NCBI GenBank assembly: GCA_049967655.1
Contig: JBMFSH010000004.1
Span: 1-25,097, forward strand
From: Acidobacteriota bacterium
GTDB lineage: Bacteria > Acidobacteriota > UBA4820 > DSQY01
DNA length: 25,097 nucleotides
Direction of reading: 5' to 3'
The notes below the pieces were generated by a model. It was given only the letters and a program-made list of their open reading frames with translations, was not told the origin of the DNA and made no database searches. Both the position numbers and the translations under genes were made by a program. Below, piece by piece: positions 1-7,152 of the stretch (position 1 is the first letter of the stretch; each line of letters begins with the position of its first letter).

Positions 1-326
1 AAAGCCCGATGGGGCCCCACCTCTCCCTTGGTGCCCTCTTCGCCTTCGGCTCGATGGCCCCCAATCCCTCATGGGTGTGACACCCTTTCCCACTGGGCGT
101 GTCCTGCCGCGCCTTCCACGGCTATTCCCCTCCTCCATCGCGGGATTGGGGCCGCTCGCTTCCCTTGGCCGGCATCGCTCTTCCCTCCACGGCGTTGGTC
201 CGTCCTCCCCACGGGGCCTGTAGCGACGGTTGACGGACCCGATGATCGAGGGAGCCACACGGGGACTCCCCCGCCCCAGGGTCGCAGAGAGGGCGGCGGC
301 GCGCAACGGCATCACCCCGCCAACGC

Positions 327-521
327 TTAATTGGAAGCCCACCGGGCGCTTGGTCCACTCGGCGATGCAGTAGGGGCACTTGAGGGAGGACTTGGTGAAC
401 TGGAGCTGCCATCTCACGAAGAGCAACGGCAGGGCCTGGCGGCCTCGGGGGTGACCTCGGCGGTCACGCCGGTCTGGGGAGCACGTATGGCGACGGGCGC
501 GAGCCCGGTCTGGACGGTCAT
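327..521 (-). pseudogene. Frameshifted, truncated gene remnant, possibly the N-terminus of a radical SAM protein
   Basis: ATG at 521 with GGAGGAG upstream. The frame stops at 414-416, but a shifted frame reads LFVRWQLQFTKSSLKCPYCIAEWTKRPVGF with strongly G/C-ending codons. This resembles W..T..CxxxCxxC with the first Cys lost. The coding signal fades near 330. Confidence 0.35.
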
Positions 522-594
522 GGCAGACTCCTCCGGCGGGCCCAAGGGCCGCCTCCTCGATCCTCGCCCTCCCCCGCCTCGGTGCGCAACCTGG

Positions 595-624
595 ATTTTA
601 GCAGTCTCGCCGCCCCGATGGCAA
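595..624 (-). promoter_or_regulatory. Putative sigma70 promoter for the remnant gene
   Basis: Minus strand TTGCCA-18 nt-TAAAAT with a TGn extended -10. Confidence 0.4.
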
Positions 625-773
625 TCGGCCCCTTCCGCGCACACCCGCACGCCGCCGCGCACGAACGGCGCTGTGCGGGGAATTCACGCCGGCCAGGCGG
701 ACGGGAGGGGGCCGACCCGGCGAGCTCCGCCGCCGAGGCCTTCGCCACGGGGCCGGCCCGCGCCGGAGGGGCC

Positions 774-1490
774 CTACTTCGTCAGCGCTTTAACCTTCTC
801 CATCAGGCGGTCCTTGAGCGAGGGCGCCGGGCTGCCCGGCTGGGTCTGCACGGGCTGCGCCAACGCGTTCTCGTAACCGGCCAGCTTGGCCAGGTGGTTG
901 AATTTCATGCGCACCTTGGGCAGGGCCGCGTCCACGCCGGGCTTGTCCTTGCTTTCCGCCGCCGTGGCCAGCGCGGCCACGTCCGCGGAGAGTTCGGAGG
1001 AGAGCTGTCTCTCCTTGGCGTCACCGCTCCTTTGGACCTGGTCGGCGAGCGCGGCCTGCCTGAGCTTCATGGCGGGCGCGAGGTTTCTCACCAACCCGTA
1101 GCGGCCCTTGGCGTGGGCCTCCCGCGCCTGGTCGAGCACGAGGCTGAAGTCCGAGAAGGCCTCCATGGAGGCTTTCTTCGCGGCGCTCATCTCCTTCTTG
1201 GTGGAGGCTCCCACGCCCACCAGGCTGAAGCCGCCGGAGGCCGCCGCGTCGGAGATGTCCATGACGGAGGTCTTGGTGTCGTCGAACTGCACCATCACCA
1301 TACGGCTGGAAGGATCGGTGGCGGCATCCAGGACGCCCGGGACGGCCTTCAGCTCCGATTCGAGCTTCTGGGCGGCCGCGGGCGTGTCCATGGCCTCCGC
1401 CTTGAAGGTCGCGACGCGCTGGGCGCCCAGCGCGCCCATGGTGAACAGGAGCCCCGCAAACCCTAACCAACAAGCTTTCTTGATCTGCAT
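774..1490 (-). CDS. Exported protein with an HMA-like (heavy-metal-associated fold) domain lacking the CxxC motif, plus a helical C-terminal region
   Basis: 238-aa ORF with AGGAGG RBS and a signal-peptide-like N-terminus. The segment 'ATFKAEAMDTPAAAQKLESELKAVPGV...VQFDDTKTSVMDISDAAASGGF' follows the HMA pattern. Confidence 0.7.
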   Translation of the reverse strand: MQIKKACWLGFAGLLFTMGALGAQRVATFKAEAMDTPAAAQKLESELKAVPGVLDAATDPSSRMVMVQFDDTKTSVMDISDAAASGGFSLVGVGASTKKEMSAAKKASMEAFSDFSLVLDQAREAHAKGRYGLVRNLAPAMKLRQAALADQVQRSGDAKERQLSSELSADVAALATAAESKDKPGVDAALPKVRMKFNHLAKLAGYENALAQPVQTQPGSPAPSLKDRLMEKVKALTK

Positions 1491-1564
1491 CGAATCCTCC
1501 TGTCGGAATACTCAGACTGTAGTCCCTCGCCGGCGGAGGCAACAGGCCTCGGGCGGGTGAATGC

Positions 1565-2869
1565 CTAGCCGATCGCTCCCAGGAGCAGGCCGTGCACCTC
1601 CTCGATGTGCGGCCGCTTACCGGGCAGGGACCGGTTCGATAGGAGGAAGGCGTCGTGGCGGTTGTGCATGCCGGTGAAGTGCGTGCGGGCGAAGAGTTCG
1701 GCCTTCTTCGGGTTTCCCTTCAGGTCGAAGCCGTCGGAGGTGAGCAGGACCAGGTCGGGAGCCTTGTCGAACTCCGGCCCCTCGTAGATCTGCTCGGGGA
1801 AGAAGACCTCCTTGATGAAGCGCCGCCCCTCGTACTCGAGCCCCAGGAAAAAGCCCTTCAGCTCCTCCCTCAGCGCCGGCACCTCCCCCTCCTCCACGCG
1901 GCCCTTGGGGTAGCGGCCCTTGCGGTGGATGTAGATCCGCGACGGATCGAGGGCGAAGGCGCGGGCCTCGGGGTGGATGTCCGCGAAGGAGTCGGGCGGA
2001 TCCTTTTCCCACTTGAGGAAGCCGCCGTCCACGAGATGCCTGTTCACCAGGACCTCCGTCTCGATGGCGCAGAAGCCGTGGTCGCTCATGAGCAGGCAGA
2101 GGTCCTCCCCGCCCAGGCGGTCGAGCAGCCGCCCCACGACGGCGTCGGCCTTGGCGTAGTAAACCATGGCCCGCTCGTGGTTGGGGTGGGACGGGTCGGC
2201 CACGGCGTGCCACTGGAAGTGCTGGAGCCGGTCCGTCCCCGTGATGACGGCCACGAAGAGGTCCCATTGCTCGGTCTTCCAAAAGTGGTCGAAGGCCCGC
2301 TCCCGCGCGGCGAGGGTCTCGTCGAGATCCCGGTAGAGAAAGTCGGCATCGGCCGCCCTGCTCGTATCCACGTCGATGCGGTAGCCCATCTTCTCCAGCT
2401 CCGGCAGGATGGAGGGCGGATGGACGGCCTTCTTGAGATCGATGGCCACGAAGCCGGAGACGAGCACCCCCTCGTGGGGCCGGGCGGGGTAGGTGCCGGG
2501 GAGGTTGAGGACCACCGAGCGCTTGCCCCGCTTGCCGATGGTGTCCCAGAGGGGCTCGGCCTTCAGGTGGGGGTAGCTCGGGAAAACCATCTGGTAGGTG
2601 CCGGGCTTCAGGTCCATGAAGCCGTAGATACCGTGGCGCGCGGGGTTCGTGCCGGTCATGAAGGAGGACCACGAGACCGACGAGATCTCCGGAAGCGTGG
2701 CGTCCATCTGCTGGAAGTGCGAGGGACCCGCCGCGGCGGCCCTGCCCAGGTTCGGCGTGACCCCCTTCGCGATCAGGGTTTCCAGTAAGGTGTACGGCAC
2801 CCCGTCCAGGCCGATCAGCACCGCGCGGGGCTTGGTGGATCTCGTGAAGAGCTTGCTTAGAAGAGCCAT
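1565..2869 (-). CDS. Alkaline phosphatase superfamily protein (nucleotide pyrophosphatase/phosphodiesterase type, COG3379-like), Ser nucleophile
   Basis: Motifs LIGLDG, PEISSVSWSSFMTG, DRLQH, MSDHGF and GMH; GGAGG RBS. Confidence 0.88.
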   Translation of the reverse strand: MALLSKLFTRSTKPRAVLIGLDGVPYTLLETLIAKGVTPNLGRAAAAGPSHFQQMDATLPEISSVSWSSFMTGTNPARHGIYGFMDLKPGTYQMVFPSYPHLKAEPLWDTIGKRGKRSVVLNLPGTYPARPHEGVLVSGFVAIDLKKAVHPPSILPELEKMGYRIDVDTSRAADADFLYRDLDETLAARERAFDHFWKTEQWDLFVAVITGTDRLQHFQWHAVADPSHPNHERAMVYYAKADAVVGRLLDRLGGEDLCLLMSDHGFCAIETEVLVNRHLVDGGFLKWEKDPPDSFADIHPEARAFALDPSRIYIHRKGRYPKGRVEEGEVPALREELKGFFLGLEYEGRRFIKEVFFPEQIYEGPEFDKAPDLVLLTSDGFDLKGNPKKAELFARTHFTGMHNRHDAFLLSNRSLPGKRPHIEEVHGLLLGAIG

Positions 2870-2882
2870 GGGGCCTCCGAAG

Positions 2883-2916
2883 AAGGTGATGTGAGGAAGT
2901 GAGGAAGTTAGGAAGG
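2883..2916. repeat. 8-bp tandem tract (GAGGAAGT)2 TAGGAAGG, the downstream inverted arm of the four-helix-bundle cassette
   Basis: 2891-2907 is the exact 17-nt reverse complement of 3385-3401. Confidence 0.85.
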
Positions 2917-2940
2917 AAAGAAAGCCCCCTCATGGGTTAG

Positions 2941-3366
2941 TCAGCGATAACGGCGGAGTAGCCCGTTGATCATCGCCCCGATTTTTCCGGACGAATCGAG
3001 CAATAATCTCGTTGACTCTGCGGGAAGATACCCTAGTCGGCCGGCAAGGATCACTTGAGTCTCCAGTTCGCTCAGTGAACCTCGCGCAATGAAGAAGAAC
3101 TGGCGTCTCTCGGCACCACCCCTCCTTGCGACGCCCTCCGCCAGGTTGGAAGGGACGCTCACTGCCGCACGCCTCATTTGGGAGGCCAGTCCATAAGTCT
3201 CGTGAGCCGGGAAACGACTGGAAGCCTCGTAAATGGCCAGGACGTAGTCCATGGCTTCTTTCCAACATTGCAGATTCTCGTGGGGCCAAACGATCCTCTC
3301 CCCGGTCCCGTTCGACGCAGAGTGGTATGCTCCTTCACCATATTCCGCTTCCCTTTCCCATTTCAT
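2941..3366 (-). CDS. Four helix bundle protein (TIGR02436 / 23S rRNA intervening-sequence protein family, Avd-like fold)
   Basis: Motifs 'HENLQCWKEAM', 'FPAHETYGLASQMRRAAVSVPSNLAEG' and 'FFFIARGSLSELETQ'. Start placed at ATG 3366 after GGGGGAG; the ORF-track start at 3393 lies inside the repeat. Confidence 0.92.
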   Translation of the reverse strand: MKWEREAEYGEGAYHSASNGTGERIVWPHENLQCWKEAMDYVLAIYEASSRFPAHETYGLASQMRRAAVSVPSNLAEGVARRGGAERRQFFFIARGSLSELETQVILAGRLGYLPAESTRLLLDSSGKIGAMINGLLRRYR

Positions 3367-3384
3367 CCGCTCCCCCTTCCCCGT

Positions 3385-3464
3385 CTTCCTCACTTCCTCA
3401 CTTCCTAACTTCCTCTCTTCCTAACTTCCTGACTCCCTAACTTCCTAACTCCCTATCTCCCCCA
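3385..3464. repeat. 8-bp tandem array, about 10 degenerate units of CTTCCTMA, the upstream arm of the four-helix-bundle cassette
   Basis: cttcctca cttcctca cttcctaa cttcctct cttcctaa cttcctga ctccctaa cttcctaa ctccctat ctccccca; overlaps the PHP stop codon. Confidence 0.95.
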
Positions 3465-4287
3465 CCAGCCCCTCCCAGCACCCCATCGGCACGTCGAGCC
3501 CACCCTCGCCGACGCCGAGGCGGATGCCGGGGCGGTTGGTGCCGTGGAAGTCGGAGCCGCCGGTGACGAGGAGGCCGTAGCGCTTCGCGAGGGCGAGGAA
3601 GCGCCGGGTGTCTTCGGGCGTGTGGTTTCGGTAGTGGCATTCGAGGCCCTGGAGGCCGGCCTCGACGAGCGCTTGAACGATGGCGTCAAGAGCCTTCTCG
3701 TCAGCCGCCTGGAGCTGGAGGGGGTGGGCCAGGACGGCCACGCCGCCGGCGGCCCGAATGAGGGCGATGCTCTCCTCGGGCGAGAGCCTTGCCTTGTCCA
3801 CGTAGGCGGGACGGCCCTTGGCGAGGTAGCGGTCGAAGGCCTCCTGCCGCGTTGCCACGTAGCCCTTGTCCACGAGGACCTTGGCGAAGTGCGGCCGTCC
3901 CACGAGGCCGCCCCCGGAGACCGCCTCGACCTCGGGCAGGGTGAGGGCGACGCCGAGGTGGCCCAGCATCTCGACGATCTTCGGATTGCGCTCGCCACGC
4001 CAACGCTGCACGGCGGTGAGCCGCTCCAGAAGCGGGGGGCTGGTCTCGTCGACGCCGTATCCCAGGATGTGCATGGTGCCCGGCTGGTACTCCGCGGAGA
4101 TCTCCAGGCCGGAGAGGAAGGCGATCCCCTGCCGGTGGGCCTCCGAACGGGCCTGGGCCACGCCCTCCACGGTGTCGTGGTCCGTGAGGGCCATGTGGGT
4201 CAAGCCGGCGGCCTTGGCTTCGCGCACGAGCTCGGCGGGAGTGAAGGTGCCGTCCGAGCAGGTCGAGTGCACGTGCAGGTCGATCAT
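3445..4287 (-). CDS. PHP-domain metal-dependent phosphoesterase (TrpH/YciV, COG0613 type), probable 3',5'-nucleoside bisphosphate (PAP) phosphatase
   Basis: Motifs DLHVHSTCSDG, ALTDHDT, GLEIS, HILGY, GRPH, LAHP and GGSDFHG. The substrate is inferred from adjacency to cysC. Confidence 0.88.
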   Translation of the reverse strand: MIDLHVHSTCSDGTFTPAELVREAKAAGLTHMALTDHDTVEGVAQARSEAHRQGIAFLSGLEISAEYQPGTMHILGYGVDETSPPLLERLTAVQRWRGERNPKIVEMLGHLGVALTLPEVEAVSGGGLVGRPHFAKVLVDKGYVATRQEAFDRYLAKGRPAYVDKARLSPEESIALIRAAGGVAVLAHPLQLQAADEKALDAIVQALVEAGLQGLECHYRNHTPEDTRRFLALAKRYGLLVTGGSDFHGTNRPGIRLGVGEGGLDVPMGCWEGLVGEIGS

Positions 4288-4314
4288 GGTCTTCGAAGGA
4301 GTCCTTTGGGGGCC

Positions 4315-4390
4315 GTGATGAGGAGATGAGGTGATGAGGGAAGGGGGCCGGCTCGCGAGCAGCCTTGCCTCCTAGTCCCCTAGTCCCCTA
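4315..4390. repeat. Bipartite intergenic element: (GWGATGAG)3, a GC-rich spacer, then (CCTAGTCC)2.5
   Basis: Read directly. The spacer and arm junction are homologous to 5079-5116. Contains the cysC stop codon. Confidence 0.85.
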
Positions 4391-5014
4391 CCCCAAATAC
4401 CCAAGATCCCGGAGCCTTGCGGCGACGGCGGCCTCCTCGTCGGCACCGTAGTCGTCGCCGGGCACCGGCGGCACCAGCTCCAGCATCTCCAACGTCTTGA
4501 CAATGCGGGCGCAGGACTGCTCCGGCGGCTCGTCGCCGGTGTAGACTACGACCTCGGGCTTGGTGGGCGGCTCGTAGGGGTCGGAGACGCCGGTGAAGTG
4601 TGGGATCTCACCGGCCAGCGCCTTCTTGTAAAGCCCCTTCACGTCGCGCTCCATGAGCTTCTCCATGGGGCAGTCCAGGTAGGTCTCCACGAAGGTGGCC
4701 CGCTGCTCCACGCGGCTCCTGATCTCGTCGCGAACTTCCCGGTAGGGGGAGATGGCCGCCGTGATGGCGCAGACGCCGTTGCGCGCCAGCAGGTTGGCCA
4801 CGTAGCCGATGCGGCGGATGTTGGTGTCCCGGTCCTCCTTCGAGAAGCCGAGCCCCTTGCTGAGGTTCGTGCGCACCTCGTCGCCGTCGAGCACCTCCAC
4901 GGGCACACCGCGCTCCAGGAGGCGCTCCTCCACCAGCTTGGAGAGGGTGGACTTGCCCGAACCCGACAACCCCGTGAACCAGAGAACGAAGCCTTTGCCG
5001 TTGCCGTTAGCCAT
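4388..5014 (-). CDS. cysC: Adenylyl-sulfate (APS) kinase with C-terminal '[16 protein letters not shown]' extension
   Basis: Motifs [12 protein letters not shown] (P-loop), [29 protein letters not shown] and [14 protein letters not shown] 5014 after AAGGAG. Confidence 0.95.
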   Translation of the reverse strand: MANGNGKGFVLWFTGLSGSGKSTLSKLVEERLLERGVPVEVLDGDEVRTNLSKGLGFSKEDRDTNIRRIGYVANLLARNGVCAITAAISPYREVRDEIRSRVEQRATFVETYLDCPMEKLMERDVKGLYKKALAGEIPHFTGVSDPYEPPTKPEVVVYTGDEPPEQSCARIVKTLEMLELVPPVPGDDYGADEEAAVAARLRDLGYLG

Positions 5015-5044
5015 GGTCACTCCTTCGAAGTGGTCCGTTGGGAG

Positions 5045-5175
5045 AAGGTGACTAGGTGATTAGGTGATTAGGAAAAAAGGGCGGCCCGCCAGCGGGCTTG
5101 CCTCCTAGTCCCCTAGTTACCTAGTTACCTAGTCCCCTAGTCCCCTAGTCCCCTCATCACCTACTCACTTACTGA
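5045..5175. repeat. Bipartite intergenic element: about 4 x TAGGTGAY, a hairpin spacer, then about 9 x CCTAGTYM
   Basis: aaggtgac taggtgat taggtgat tagg ... cctagtcc cctagtta cctagtta cctagtcc cctagtcc cctagtcc cctcatca cctactca cttactga; the arms are approximate reverse complements. Confidence 0.92.
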
Positions 5176-5182
5176 CCTCTCC

Positions 5183-6565
5183 TCACCCCACCACGTTCCC
5201 GATCATGTCCTCGGGCACGTCGACGCCGAGCGTCCGCAGCACGGTGGGGGCCACGTCGTAGATCTCCACGCCCTCGCGGCGGCCGGGCGTCACGCCCGGT
5301 CCCTTCAGGATGAACATCCCGTACTGCGCGTGGTTGGCGTCATCGGGGCCGGTGTCGTTCTCGAAGACGTGGATGGCGCCGGTCCCGACGCTGCCCGCGC
5401 TGCGCCAGGCCAGGTCGCCGAAGTAGACGATGAGGTCCGGCGGCACCCCGTTCACAGTCCGGTAGATTTCCTCCGGCTTGAAGGCGCGGGTGCCCATGGG
5501 CCTGCCCTGGTCGTCGCCGAAGCCTTCCAAAAGGTCCCGGATGCGGTCCCGCACCTTCTCGTAGTCGGCGGGCTCCACGGTCCCCTGCGGCTCGCGCCCC
5601 TTCACGTTCAGGAAGATCCGCGAATAGTAGCCCCCCTCGCCCCAGCAGGCGGTGCGGCTCCAGTCGATCATGGAAGTTTTGAGAGGGCACTGGCCCGTGG
5701 GCTCTTCCTTGAGGTGCAGGAGCCCCTCCCGCCGGAACAGCTCGTTCACGCAGACCGCCCCGTGCATGGTCCGTGCACCGTGGTCGGAGACGACCCACGT
5801 CTGCGTCCCCTCGGGGAGCAGGTCCAGCACCCTTCCGATCTCCCCGTCCAGGTAGCGGTAGTAGTCCCGGATGGCGAACTCGAAGCGGTGGCCCTTCTCG
5901 TAGAGGCGGTGCCCCTTGTCGTGATAGCGCCAGAAGCCGTGGTGAATGCGGTCCACCCCCATCTCGACGAAGATGAAGAAGTCCCACGGCTTGCTCTTCA
6001 CCCACTCGCGGACCACCTTGAACCGCCGGCGCGTCATGACGGTGATCTGCTCCAGGAGGCGCTCCTTGTCGTCGGTTCGGAAGTCCTTGACGTCGATGAT
6101 GTAGTCGCCCTCGGCGATGCGGTCCAGCTCGTGCTTGGCCTCGTCGGGCCAGGTGTACTGCACCTCCTTCGATGGCGTGAGGAAGGAGGCCACGAGGGTG
6201 CCGTTGAGCGGCTTGGGGGGGTAGGTCTGGGGCACGCCGAGGACGACGCTGCTCAGGCGGTTTCGCGAGAGGACCTGCCAAAGCGTCTTCTCCTTCACGT
6301 AGGAGGCGTTGGCGAAGTAGAGATCGTCGTAGCCGTAGCCCTTCCGGTTGCGGAAGCCGTAGAAGCCGAGGGTGCCGGGGTCCTTGCTCGTCATCATGGC
6401 CGTCCAGGCGGGCACGGTGATGGGGGGGATCGTGGACTTCATCTCGCCCCACGCCCCCTCCTCCATGAGCCGGCTCAGGTTGGGCAGCTCGCTACGCCAC
6501 TCCTCGAAGACGAGCTGCGGCGCCATGCAATCCATGCCGAAGATGAAGACCTTTTTCGCTCTCAT
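5183..6565 (-). CDS. Alkaline phosphatase superfamily protein (nucleotide pyrophosphatase/phosphodiesterase type, COG3379-like), Thr nucleophile
   Basis: Motifs IFGMDC, STIPPITVPAWTAMMT, DRIHH, VSDHG, NVKGREPQG, DDANH and IYDVAPT. ATG 6565 after AAAGGA; 6583 is an alternative start. Confidence 0.88.
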   Translation of the reverse strand: MRAKKVFIFGMDCMAPQLVFEEWRSELPNLSRLMEEGAWGEMKSTIPPITVPAWTAMMTSKDPGTLGFYGFRNRKGYGYDDLYFANASYVKEKTLWQVLSRNRLSSVVLGVPQTYPPKPLNGTLVASFLTPSKEVQYTWPDEAKHELDRIAEGDYIIDVKDFRTDDKERLLEQITVMTRRRFKVVREWVKSKPWDFFIFVEMGVDRIHHGFWRYHDKGHRLYEKGHRFEFAIRDYYRYLDGEIGRVLDLLPEGTQTWVVSDHGARTMHGAVCVNELFRREGLLHLKEEPTGQCPLKTSMIDWSRTACWGEGGYYSRIFLNVKGREPQGTVEPADYEKVRDRIRDLLEGFGDDQGRPMGTRAFKPEEIYRTVNGVPPDLIVYFGDLAWRSAGSVGTGAIHVFENDTGPDDANHAQYGMFILKGPGVTPGRREGVEIYDVAPTVLRTLGVDVPEDMIGNVVG

Positions 6566-6584
6566 GCGGGAAGTCCTTTGCATC

Positions 6585-6676
6585 GAGATGGGGAAATGAA
6601 AGGATGCCGAGATGAGGAGAGAGAAAAGAACAATCCACGCGGATGGTCCTCATCCCCTCATCACCTCATCACCTTA
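6585..6676. repeat. Bipartite intergenic element: degenerate GAGATGAG units, a spacer, then (CCTCATCM)3
   Basis: gagatggg gaaatgaa aggatgcc gagatgag ... cctcatcc cctcatca cctcatca cctta; ends at the RHH stop codon. Confidence 0.75.
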
Positions 6677-6886
6677 AAGGTACCCCATACTCTTGAGCCG
6701 CTGCCGGATGGCCTCGATCTCCTTGGCCGAGAGGGCGCCTTCCAGCTTGCCCTCCTGGTGGGAGACGAGGTCCCGAAGCACGTAGACGACGAATTCCGTG
6801 ACCGACGCAAAACCGCTCCCCTCGATGAGCACGGCCAGGTGGTCATACAGGGGTCGGGGGATCTTGAGGGTCACGCGGGGCTCCAT
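6674..6886 (-). CDS. CopG-family ribbon-helix-helix regulator with C-terminal 'EIEAIRQRLKSMGYL' tail
   Basis: Beta ribbon VTLKIP, then helices 'RPLYDHLAVLIE' and 'SVTEFVVYVLRD'. ATG 6886 has a GGGAG RBS; ATG 6898 would be nearly leaderless. Confidence 0.85.
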   Translation of the reverse strand: MEPRVTLKIPRPLYDHLAVLIEGSGFASVTEFVVYVLRDLVSHQEGKLEGALSAKEIEAIRQRLKSMGYL

Positions 6887-6906
6887 TTGCACTCCCATTG
6901 GAGTGT

Positions 6907-6935
6907 AGTGTAAGGCCGGTGAGAGGGGCTGTCAA
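6907..6935 (-). promoter_or_regulatory. Sigma70 promoter of the RHH-AlkP-cysC-PHP operon
   Basis: TTGACA (6930-6935), 17 nt, TACACT (6907-6912) on the minus strand. Confidence 0.8.
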
Positions 6936-6942
6936 GGGGGTG

Positions 6943-6991
6943 TGGAGACGGGAAACGGGAGACGCTAGACGCGATTAGGCGAAAGGCGATT
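6943..6991. repeat. 7-bp degenerate tandem tracts (GGGAGAC-type, then GGCGAWW-type)
   Basis: tggagac gggaaac gggagac gctagac gcgatta ggcgaaa ggcgatt. Confidence 0.6.
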
Positions 6992-7036
6992 GAGCGAGAG
7001 GCAGAGAGGCAACTGGCCGGAACGCGGCCCCCTTTT

Positions 7037-7096
7037 CCGTCATCCAGGTGAGCGAAGCGAGTCTAGAATCGGATTCCGGACGGGCCGGAATGACGG
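7037..7096. repeat. CGTC-type REP-like palindromic element
   Basis: Termini CCGTCATCCAGG and CCGGAATGACGG are near-perfect inverted repeats; internal hairpin TTCCGG-ACGGG-CCGGAA. Confidence 0.65.
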
Positions 7097-7152
7097 TGGA
7101 GTCTGTGACGCCGAAGGCGACCGGCCGACTCGCCCCGCTCGTGCCCGGCCAA

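Noticed and set aside
1..326. ORFs 28-330, 69-260 and 122-412
   Set aside because: They show no motifs, poor codon bias and Pro/Arg/Gly-rich translations, so none can be supported as a gene.
414..416. UGA read-through (selenocysteine) in the left-end remnant
   Set aside because: The protein-like continuation is in a different frame, so a frameshift explains it better.
2941..3366. Avd-like gene as evidence for a diversity-generating retroelement
   Set aside because: No reverse transcriptase and no TR/VR pair with adenine-specific mismatches were seen in the window.
2883..3464. 23S rRNA intervening sequence
   Set aside because: The flanks are protein-coding genes and no rRNA sequence is present. 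The IVS is used only as an analogy.
3385..5175. Tandem arrays as CRISPR
   Set aside because: Units are 7-9 bp and contiguous, with no unique spacers and no cas genes.
1565..6565. The two AlkP proteins as formylglycine-dependent sulfatases
   Set aside because: They lack the (C/S)xPxR signature; the nucleophile regions are PEISSVSW and PPITVPAW.
5330..6913. Long plus-strand ORFs (also 582-1466, 1655-2788, 9009-10082, 10894-11895, 12107-13564, 14947-16536, 18663-19736) and minus-strand 22253-23293
   Set aside because: These are antisense shadows of well-supported genes, expected in high-GC DNA, and have no family motifs.
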